Below are positions 53,505-64,000 of a stretch of DNA of 64,000 nt, piece after piece. This stretch comes from Octopus sinensis (taxonomy: Eukaryota): contig NC_043012.1 of assembly GCF_006345805.1 (NCBI RefSeq), positions 43,214,001 through 43,278,000 on the forward strand, written 5' to 3'. Each line of letters starts with the position of its first letter. Positions within the stretch are counted from its first letter, which is position 1. Made by a program: the position numbers and the translations under genes. The notes below the pieces were generated by a model, which saw nothing but the letters and a program-made list of their open reading frames with translations, was not told where the DNA came from and did no database searches.

Positions 53505-53582
53505 AAGTAATTTATATTGTGCCTGTACAGGTGTGAACTTGCTACCCACCTTATTATTACAGTAAATAACGGTAATAATACA

Positions 53583-53621
<39 letters not shown>

Positions 53622-54230
53622 TAGAAAGAAGAAAGAAGTATGTATGGGGGAGAGTGGTATTCTCAACGGCTAGAGTAGCGGTAGGGAAGGAAAAAGAGAA
53701 AGAAAGAGAGAAAAAGTAGAGAGCAATGCCGGATGCTGGTCAGCATATTATAAGGGGGATGAGAGGTATCAATAGATAAAAGGAATAGAGGGAGGGATAG
53801 AAAGGAGAGATAAGAAAGTGAGAAGATGCGGGTGGAAGGATAGGTTTGAAAAGTCACTGAGGTGGAGGGATAGTAAAAGAATGTGGTACAGAAGGAAGGG
53901 GAATACTAAATGTGAGTAGTAAATCTCGAGGAGGGAAGGGGTGAAATAATAATGAAGAGTGCTAGGAGTGAATGTGGAGATATAATGGTCAAGTTTTTAA
54001 AAACAGACGCAGGCATTTATATGAAGTCAGAGAGTGTATTCACTAAAGTGAAGGAGGAATGTTATAGTGGGGGGGGGGGTCTGATAAATCAGTGAGAGAA
54101 CGAAAAAAGTGTATATAGATATACAGATTTATGCGCACACGCGCACACATATACATATATATGTATATATAAACGTGCATGGATATAGGTCCGCATACTC
54201 ACACACACATATGTACATATATATCGATAG

Positions 54231-54272
<42 letters not shown>

Positions 54273-54439
54273 TCCAAGAGAGTTAGAGGTTGTGAATCCA
54301 ACCAACTAAGGGATGATGTCTATCCAATATACTGCTGGTAGAAAACCCAATTATTAATACACAAGTATTTCTTTTCTTTGCATGGCAATTACACTACTGA
54401 ATGTAATAAATGGGTGAGGGTAAAAAGAAGAAAGAAAAG

Positions 54440-54713
54440 TCGATATGTATGACAGATTAGCTTGGGAGGTAAAGCGGTTGTGATCGATGAAAAAGGTGGT
54501 AGTGGTACCAGTATTTGTCGGAGCCCTGGAAACAGTGAGTAAAAATCTTGAGAAGTACATAGAACAAATAGGGGCTGCTATAAAGGTGGAGCACTTGCAG
54601 AAAACAGCACCACTTGGAACCGCTCGAATACTCCGGAAGGTGCTCGAAAAATAAGAGGTAGTGAACAGCTTACACCGCAGTACATCTCCAGCTTTAGAAG
54701 CTGTGCAAAGGCA

Positions 54714-54769
<56 letters not shown>

Positions 54770-55230
54770 AATAATAATAATAATAGCTTTTACACATTTA
54801 CTCCATTTATGTTTTGTAGCATGGCTAGCAGTTGCTAGATTACTTCGGGTCCACCCTGCTGCACAGTGGAGCACCTGCCAAGTGCGGTACCCTCACCATT
54901 GGTTCCAGTCTTGTTCACACCGTTATCGTCATCTATTTTACTTGGCATTTTCACTCACAAATGAGGAAAAGATCAAAGACGCGGTATGAACAAACTTCAG
55001 GAGGAGTCACCGAAAATGAAGATTGCAAAATCCTGTGGAATGCGATCACCTGACTAGACATCAGGAACCAGACATTGTTGTGGTGAATAAAAACGACAAC
55101 AGGATCAATGTGAAAGAAGAAGAAAAGAATAAACAACTATGATGATTTAAAGTGGGAAATACGATGGTCGTGGTCAATGAGGAGAGTAGACGTGATACCA
55201 ATAGTAATTGACACACGTGGTCGATAAAAT
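54440..55230 (+). mobile_element. R4-like REL LINE fragments
   Basis: VVVVPVFVGALETVSKNLEKY..LQKTAPLGTARILRKVL; ..NEDCKILWNAI.. Confidence 0.7.
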
Positions 55231-55737
55231 ACATTTCAGTCAAGTAGTGGGAATGATGTACTCGATTTCCTTCCTCCCATCAAAACTGCTGACCCTCTGT
55301 GAATATTAGAAAGAATTACTATTATTGCTATTATTACTATTTTATCATCTATTACTATAATAGTTCGTTCACACTATTATTGTAGGTTTATTAGCTTGAG
55401 TGATTGAGAGATTTGTTACAGACACCAAATAATAATGCTTTTTTTGTTGAAGTGGATGTATGGATTAGCCAGATGTCGATTTCTCAGTGAGGTTTAAAAT
55501 AAGGATACATAACGTCTTTTGAATTTTTTTTTGCGAATCAGTTAGACTGTTTCTCTATAATAATAGACTATCCGCAATAAAGCTATTAATACTAATAGCT
55601 GAATATGAGATAGCTATTACATAGATACTTGATTACGAACCCAACCCATTTGAAAGTTCTCAAAAGTGATAGTTTTTAATCGCTTAATAATTATTAAAAG
55701 ACAAATTTTTAATATAGGTATTTTTTTCGTGACCTAC

Positions 55738-56058
55738 CTGACTTATAACAAACAGCTTTAGGTTCTTCTGTGTTTTTGCATTTAGCGCCCTGGTGAATCC
55801 AGGTATTGTTACACTGTAGGAGGGATATCTCATCTCCATTACAAGAATATACACCCAGTACTGAAAGCGAATTTGAAGTTTTTTTCAATTTACTATGTCC
55901 GACAATCCCATCTTTGTATCCCAATGACTTGCAAAACACTTTAGCATCTTTATCAGTCCATTTTTCTTTACAAATTGATCTCCACAATCCATCAAAAAAA
56001 ACTTCCATTCGACCTTGGCTGACACTCAGACCATCTGCTAAACGAAAGCGGACTCCCT
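55738..56058 (-). CDS. SRCR domain 4 exon (type C)
   Basis: GVRFRLADG..QGRMEVFFDGLWRSIC..VFCKSLG..PKAVCY; 321 nt. Confidence 0.92.
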
Positions 56059-56283
56059 CTGCAAAAATATTGGCATAACATTACACAACAGAATTCATAT
56101 AGGAATACGTAGAAACATCGAATATTTCATTTCAGAAATTAGGTTTTATAGACCGCACTGATTATTAAAACATCCCTACTTTACTCTCAAAGAAACTTCT
56201 ACTACTAATCATTAGTTAAAATGTTGTACAGACCAAATTATTGTGATAAAATTTCAAACATGAACATAAATAAAAAATATTAC

Positions 56284-56607
56284 CGAAACTTTTAAAGCAA
56301 AGAACACCAGCTACGTGGTCTTGATCAAAAGTACAGTTAGTGTAGTCATCAAAAGCTGTGTAAGGGCAGTGAGATAAGCTGCTTTCCGTTCCAGTACAGT
56401 TGAAATGGCTTAAAATAACTGGAGGTGCGCTCGTAGAGTATGTACTTCGAGATGCATATATCGCTACCCCATCATAAAAACCAAGTTCTCTACATGCGAC
56501 ATGAGCAGCTTTGTCGTTCCATCCAACTGGACAAATTGTTGACCACTGATTAAATATTTGTGCTTCAAGTACTCCATAATAGACATTTTGTATTTGCGTA
56601 TTTAAAA
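56284..56607 (-). CDS. SRCR domain 3 exon (type B)
   Basis: YGVLEAQIFNQWSTICPVGW..VACRELG..GVAIYA..HFNCTGTE..VAGVLCF; 324 nt. Confidence 0.92.
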
Positions 56608-56789
56608 CTGAAAAGAAATGAAGAATACCAATAATATTATTAATAGGAAATTGTTGCATGAATGTGGTCTTAATATTAAGTTAGGTTTCATTTTCAATAT
56701 GTTAATTGTCTTAAACTCTAGTAAAATGGAGTTTCTTTTCATTTTGGATAATAAAAAGACGTTTGCATTCTTGTGTGAGTGTGTTTATG

Positions 56790-58810
56790 TGTGTATATAG
56801 AGATTCCCCACTTGTATTGTCTGTGAATAGAGCTGAATAAGCAACATATTAGCAGTATGGGTAGGAATTCCTTTATTCGACCCATATATAGAAAATAACG
56901 GGCGATGATCGGTCTGTAGTTGAAAATTTCTAATGTATAAAAATCTATGAAACTTTTTAATGGCAAAAATAATCGCTAGAACCCCTTTTTCAATCTGGCT
57001 GTAGTTTAGCGAATGTGAGGCATGAATCTCGGTCTTCATGTTACCATCTCTATTTTTATGTAGCATTACTGCTCCTATGCCATACTCAAAGGCACCTGAA
57101 GCTGCTACAATCTCCACTGCAGGATCGAAATGTGCTGCTAAAAATCAGATGTTAATATCTTTTTAATTTCGTTGAACGCCTTCTGACAATTTTGAGACCA
57201 ATTCCACTTTACATCTCTTTTTAGTAGATTATTTAGTGGGGCTCTTACCTTATGCATATTTGGTATATAAATTTGATAATAGTTTGCAAGTCCCCCAAAA
57301 GCTTGTAAGGTAGATATATTTGTCGTGGGGGGGGGGGCATATTGTTAATAACATTACTGCCTACGACAGGTCTGGTTGACGACCAATTTTATCAATAATT
57401 TGTCCTAAATATTTAATTTTAGGTAAGAAGAATTCACACTTCTCCTCATTCGAAGTGAAGCCGTAATTCCTTATTTTTTCGAACACACATTTTATGTGCT
57501 CGACATGCTGATCACAGGATTCACTTTTAATTTATACATATCATCCAGGTAGGCCATCGCGAAGTCACAGTCTGCAAGTATCATTTGTTGAAATATATGC
57601 CAAACGGAAGCCGGTTAAACTTGTATAGAACTTTATGTGCATTGATAGCTAGTTGCTTAGAACAATCGTCTTACACAATTGTCTGTAACTAGGCATCAGA
57701 TAGATCTAATTTTGAGAACAATTTACCATCATTTAGTTTCGAGATTTCCCCTGGGATAAGTAATGAGAAGTTATACGGTTTTAAACAGTCGATTAGTCCT
57801 GTCGAGAAATCTGCACAAACACGCATTTTATTGTTCTTTTTAATGTACATAGCTGAACTCGCTCAATCTGAGTAATCAATCTTTTCAATTACTCCTATTT
57901 TTTTCAGTCTGTCTAATTCTTTATTTACCTATTCCAGTGCTGCAAACGGCACATTGCGTTTGAGTTTGAAAACTGGTAATGTATTTTCTTTCACCTGATA
58001 TTTGGCTTTGAATTTATTGCCCCGACACAACTCGCCCGAGAAACATTAGGAAACAACAGTTTCATTTCTTTTTTAAATTTTAAAAAAGAAATGACGCATG
58101 GCTCCATTACATTTTTACAAAAATTATTTATGGGTAAATCTCCTAAGTCGAACAGTTTCTTCCAGTCAAACTATTTACATGATTTTCTCTGTTGAACCGT
58201 TTTTAAAGTTTTTTTTTATAGTGTGATTTTTTATGACGTATCTTACTACGCTTGGTTTTCTGCTTATATTTTACTTTTAGTGGCACCGATTGTATGTGGG
58301 AGCAGTTTCTTATGTCAATTTGTTCCGTATCATGCCTTAGGTTTATTATTCTCTGGCATTGCTCAGATATTTCTTGTAGTGTTAGCTTCTAATTCTCTTC
58401 TAATTTGGTTAGAATTCGGTTGCGAATTTCTGCGTCTTTACCGTTAAACCTTGCACGAAAATTAAGCATTTAAACATATCTGGTGTCAGTTCATTAATTT
58501 TAAATCTATCGCAGTCCCTATTAAAAATTCTAGCACGTAATAAAATCTTCGTCCGCTTTTTTGTAATATTCATGCATTGCCAAAAGTTCTCTCGCTGAAA
58601 ACCTTTGAAAGGATATCAACAATTTCTTTAAAATAGACTTCTCCCGGTCTCTTAGGCAAAATATAGTTACAGTATTTTTCGTGCTCGGCTGGGGCCAACT
58701 TTGCCAACGAAGTCGATGAATTTTCTGTTTTGTGGAATAGCAGTTGTATTAATAGTTGTTGTTGCTTCTGCAATTCCATCAACATCTGTTGTTGCTGCTG
58801 TTGTCGTTGT
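56790..58810 (-). mobile_element. Ty3/gypsy LTR retrotransposon remnant (gag, RT, RNase H)
   Basis: YCNYILPKRP (gag); RVCADFSTGL..FSKLDLSDA (RT); YGIGAV..YSQIEKGVLAIIFAIKKFHRFL..TDHRPL (RNase H). Confidence 0.85.
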
Positions 58811-59060
58811 TTTTGTAATTCAATTACGTAGTGAATAAGTGAACACGGACGATATATATCTCTCGTTTATCGATCGATCGATCGCATTATCAATGACATT
58901 GCATAGTACTCGAGTACTACAAATGATTTATGTCATAAATGTCTTGTCGTATACTCTTCTCTATCATATGTTGTATGAAATATTTCTTTTCATAAGTTTT
59001 AAATAAAAATTAAATACAATGAAACATTGCACTTCAATAATAACATTGTTGAGTACTTAC

Positions 59061-59390
59061 GAGCATCAGGATTTTCAGAATCAGCACAAAATACAGAAAC
59101 AAATCTCTGTAAAGGGCATCGTCCAAATTCCAGCTTACACTCTAATAGTGATGCTTCTGTTCCTGTACATCGTAGCTTTGTTATATGAGTGTTTATATTT
59201 ACTGGGATATTTTCAAAAACAAAACCTTCAGGTGGGTATTTTTGCTTGGTACCAGAAACGAAGCCCAGTTCTCGACATAAAACATTGGCTTCCGTAGAAC
59301 CAAACCCAGCGTTGCAAATACCCATCCAAGAATCATTGACAAATATACCAACACGGCCATAATAAGGAGAAGAATCACTGAATAAATTCA
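59061..59390 (-). CDS. SRCR domain 2 exon (type A-like)
   Basis: YGRVGIFVNDSWMGIC..VLCRELG..LRCTGTEASLLEC..VSVFC; 330 nt. Confidence 0.9.
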
Positions 59391-60911
59391 CTGAAAGCCA
59401 GGAGAAAATAATTCTTTAATAAAGGTATTACATATATTCACAAACATAGAATCATTAGAGTTGTATGACATACAAACCTATGTATTTACTAAACATATAC
59501 TTTTAGTCAGCTGCGCTGAGAGAAACACACATTATGATAAGACTTCATATTTTCCCCTTCTTTAACAAAAACAACGACAAAAAAATTGACCTAACAAATT
59601 CCAGGTTTTTGCACACTTTTATTAGACTCCGAGTTCTCATTTTTTTTGTTACGACAAAGGGAATAATAATTTATAGCTATTTATAGTGCACAGAAATGCA
59701 GGTCGAAACTCAAGTCGTCTACTATAATGTGTATAAGAGCTCACATTTTGACAACGTTTATATAATTAGCCTCACTGTAAAAAGTAAATATTGTCATTAA
59801 ATAAAAAGCGATCGACCTGGAAGTTTCAGAGTTATTTATTGCTTTATCTCAGACCATATTGTAGCTTATAAGTATAGTACTCGCAAACTCGAATAAAACT
59901 GAACCAATTTTCCCTAATTTCTATTTCAGCGAGTTAACAGTTAATGCATTCGATAGTTAACATGATGCAGAAAGCGAATCAGTCGAAAGCCATTCTTGTT
60001 GCTAACATCTGTGACTACTTCTTGAACTGGCACGGCTGTATGGTAATACTCATTAAGCTTGTTGAAAATCTTCAAAATATCTTTAAAGAGCACAATAGAA
60101 AGTACTGGCGAATAGAAGGCAAAAAGAAAAAAAATGGTCTAACTCCTGGATAAATTAAAATCGAAACAAATAGTCTGATAAAATGATCAATAATATATAT
60201 TGAAAAAGAAGGAGTCACAGAAGATCTCACGCGTATGGGAAAACATGACCCAAACTTTAAATATGGGAGAAGAAAATGACGCTTCAATTGTTCATGCGCC
60301 TATTTACAACTTTCAAGGCGCTCTCATCAATAATCTCTCAGAATAAATGCTAATGAATAATACAATACTTTCTTGCTTGATATCGGAAAAGTAAGAAAAC
60401 TAATGTTATAAATTACAATAGAAAACAATTTCTAATATAAGGTTAAGTAAAATATATTATCCTTAATAGAAATATGTTGCCTGGGACGCATTAAGTGAAC
60501 AAATTTGTGATAGTTTATATGAAAGACAACGTGAAACGTAAGAAACTATACCTGACAACAGTATTCAAATTTAATTTTAAACATAAGAAAATATACAATT
60601 TTAGAGATAAATCAAAGAATTGTAGGGAAAGGATTTCCCGATAATTTCACTTTAAAGGATAATGTTCACAAATTAAACAAACACACACACGTGCGCGCAT
60701 CCATACACGCCCATACACGCACACATATTATCCTCTAAATAGCGAACTTAGATAATACAGAAATATTAAATCAGTCATTAGATCAATGGAAAACATAAAA
60801 GATGTGTGATTAGGTTAAATGTAAAGATAATCGATTATGAACTGAATGACATAAATACAATTTCGTTTGCATTAGTAAAATCTAAATAATAAAAAATATA
60901 TTAGTAAAAAC

Positions 60912-61069
60912 AAGAGTGGTTGTGTGGTAAGTATCTTGCTTACCAACCACATGGTTCCGGGTTCAGTCCCACTGCGTGGCACCTTGGGCAAGTGTCTTCT
61001 GCTATAGCCCCGGGCCGACCAATGCCTTTTGAGTGGATTTGGTTGACGGAAACTGAAAGAAGCCTGTCG

Positions 61070-61103
<34 letters not shown>

Positions 61104-61330
61104 ATATATGATGTGTGTGTGTTTGTGTGTCTGTGTTTGTCCTCCTAGCATTGCTTGACAACCGATGCTGGTGTGTTTACGTCCCCGTCACATAGCAGTT
61201 CGGCAAAAAGAGACCGATAGAATAAGTACTGGGCTTACAAAGAATAAGTCCCCGGGTCGATTTGCTCGACTAGAGGCGGTGCTCCAGCATGACCGCAGTC
61301 AAATGACTGAAACAAGAGTAAAAGAGTAAA
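60912..61330 (+). mobile_element. Family 1 SINE
   Basis: Same consensus as 20445-20841. Confidence 0.9.
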
Positions 61331-61439
61331 AATCTGTTGAAAATTCGAGTATTCCCAAAATATTTCGCCTAGATTCATAAATGTATATTACAGAGATACT
61401 GATACACTACATAAATGTACATTACATAGATACCGGGCT

Positions 61440-61800
61440 TACTCTGAGCAGAGATGGTCAGACTACAAACAAGCCACTCGTCTACGGGTAGCGACGTCAT
61501 CTTCCAGCTTCTTGAATGTTGCGACGAGACTCCGAGAAAAGATCTCACACGGATGTTAGGCGCGCTGGCCTCCAGCAATGAGCGAACAGTCCTCAGTCAC
61601 ATTAAGTCCCTGGCAGTCCGCCAAGAAAATGTCATGGTCGCTCGCTTGCACCTACAACAGATGCGCCAGGACAGGGAGAACCTGCCAAGGCCTTCGCTGG
61701 TATCCTGCACTACTATGAGGATGTCTGCCGCTGTACCAACAACACTTCTTAAAACGAATCAGCAACGAAAGATGTAGCCGCGTACGTGACCGGAGAATCG
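61440..61800 (+). mobile_element. LTR retrotransposon gag remnant
   Basis: IKSLAVRQENVMVARLHLQQMRQDREN resembles invertebrate gypsy gag. Confidence 0.6.
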
Positions 61801-62445
61801 CAACTTCTCCTGTCTATATGTTCTCACAAGCTAGGAGACTATGTAAACCGTAACAAAATGTCCGCCTGTTTTTTTTTGGTTCTAAGTACGACTCTTCACT
61901 GAGTAGCATTATTGTGAAAAAAGATTGCGCCGGAGAGTCAGTCCTGCTCTCTCGTCCTCGAATTTCTGACTAGTGGCAAACTGGGTTCAGACGGCTGGAG
62001 GTATACCAAGAAGCAGAGACATCCTATATATCTCACCGTGCTTTGAGATATCTGCTCTACAACATTGTTGGATATTACACCCTTACGCCCCAACAAGACT
62101 TGATGACTGATGATTGAATTGCTTTCGTAACACAGCATGTCAGATTTTAGCGAGTGTTTAAAAGTCATCGGTTACACTTAATCTAGTTTAGCAGGCCTGC
62201 TAATGCCGTTATCCAAGTGTTGCACTGCTACGTGCAGACAGTTCGTGGAGTCACAGGTGAGAGCCGAGGATTAGGCAAAGGCAGATGAGCTGTACTGAAA
62301 ATGTATTGACACGTACCTTCATGCCACCACCTACCGAAGTAATATTGTTTCTGATGACTAATAAGCATAACACTATAGATATTTAAAGAAACGTAACACT
62401 TGAGGCAAAAAGAATTATCAAAATAATGTGAACTGTTTACTTTAC

Positions 62446-62760
62446 CTGCTGGAAAACATTTAACTGTAGCATGGTCCTTACAGTAGTTTATCTTGTTCGT
62501 CCAATTCACTATACGAAGAGGGCAATCTAAAAGGGATTCTTCTGTGCCTTCACATTCAGCAGATGCCAACCATACATTTTTTCCAATTGATGTACTTATG
62601 GCGGCCTTTCCACCACGATAATTCATTTTCTTGCACACAACAATCGCGTCTCTGTCATCCCATAGATCAGCACAGATTGAACCCCAAAGATTATTGATTT
62701 GAACTTCAACTCTGCCAGTGTTTCCTTCTCCAATCAGTCTGTAGTTAACAGGCCTTGGCT
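62446..62760 (-). CDS. SRCR domain 1 (most 5' visible exon, type C)
   Basis: VNYRLIGEGNTGRVEVQINNLWGSICADLWDDRDAIVVCKKMNY..VWLASAECEGTEESLLDC..ATVKCF; 315 nt. Confidence 0.92.
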
Positions 62761-63089
62761 CTGAAATACATGATGGAAAAATAGCTTACGTGTGTACACA
62801 CAATCAAATGATTTCAGTGAGAAAACATGCATACATACATGCACACATACATGCATACATACATACATACATACAGACATAAATTAGCTGTCCATCGGAT
62901 GTTAACATAAAGCTCAAGATCAGTGAAAAAGAGCATACCTACACTGTACTATTTGAGAAATCAATGTCCACAGATACTACAACTACACTGTAACCATCCC
63001 AGGAATATGGACTGTGATCTTAAGGGACATGATTTGTGGAAAAGTTATATGTATGTGTAACTTTTTTCTTCTTTTACTTGAATATATAA

Positions 63090-63209
<120 letters not shown>

Positions 63210-63814
63210 GTCTGTCTGTCTGTCTGTCTATTTATAATATCATATCATATTATATTATATTATATATATATATACATACATACACAGATATATACATACA
63301 CACATATACAAAATATGTATATATGTTATATGTATATGTATATAGATATATTTATTCATTTATTTCTGTATCTGTGCCTGCATGTGTATGTATGTATGTA
63401 TGCATGTATGTATGTATATATTACGTATGCATGTGCGTAAATTTAAGACAATGTGGCATTCAGCCACATTGTCTTAATTATCTGTCGAGTTTGAATAAGA
63501 GTCACATAGAAAATTTCCAGGCTCAACGGAATCTGCTACAACATATGTGAATGGTTCGAAGAAATGAGTGTTTTCTTCATCAGAGAAGTGTAATAGCTAT
63601 GATGAATATAACAGAACATCTGAGCACATCTCCAATTATGTCTACTATAAGATAGTTTTAAAAAATCTGCCAGATAATTTATGATCTAACATCGATACAT
63701 ACATGCATGCATACATATTATATATAAACTACTATTCAAAACTATAAAGCTATTTAGAAATTTAGCTCTGTATTTAAATGGACTAAGTGGGCGTAATATA
63801 TTGTAAATTGGTAT

Positions 63815-64000
63815 TTCTTTTATTCTTTTACTTGTTTCAGCCATTTGACCGAGGACATGCTGGAGCACCGCCTTTAGTCGAAGAAATTGACCCCAGGACT
63901 TATTCTTTGTAAGCCTAGTACTTATTCTATCGGCCCCTTTCGCCGAACCACAAGGTTATGGGGACGTAAACATAAACACACCTACATCTGTTGTCAACCG
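63815..64000 (-). mobile_element. Family 1 SINE 3' part (runs off the window)
   Basis: GTTTCAGCCATTTGACC..CATGCTGGAGCACCGCC..ACCCCAGGACTTATTCTTTGTAAGCC. Confidence 0.85.

Overview
AT-rich, microsatellite-dense animal genomic DNA. The repeat content looks like octopus/cephalopod DNA (inference, no database search), and there is a 100-N scaffold gap at 6692-6791. The main gene is on the minus strand. I traced 16 GT-AG exons (62760 down to 7949), all flanked by phase-1 introns and splicing in frame into about 1,800 aa. The protein has 14 SRCR domains, a Ser/Thr-rich stalk, one transmembrane helix and a ~130-aa cytoplasmic tail. No start or signal-peptide exon was found, so the 5' end probably lies beyond 64000. 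The SRCR domains appear to repeat as an A-B-C triplet, two A-type domains carry an unusual vicinal Cys-Cys, and one domain is split by a 5.5-kb intron. Introns and flanks are full of transposon relics: a CR1/L2-type LINE, Penelope-like elements of two types (Naiad-like and Poseidon-like), tRNA-headed SINEs, mariner/Tc1, gypsy, REL-endonuclease LINE pieces and several MITEs. The most striking unannotated signal is a set of about 10 minimal type I hammerhead ribozyme motifs read by eye. They fall into three structural classes: long stem II with four different self-complementary stem III palindromes, U3-A8 core variants, and a coding-free palindromic element carrying two inverted hammerheads. Several sit sense to the host pre-mRNA. 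All folds, clade names and activities are unverified predictions.
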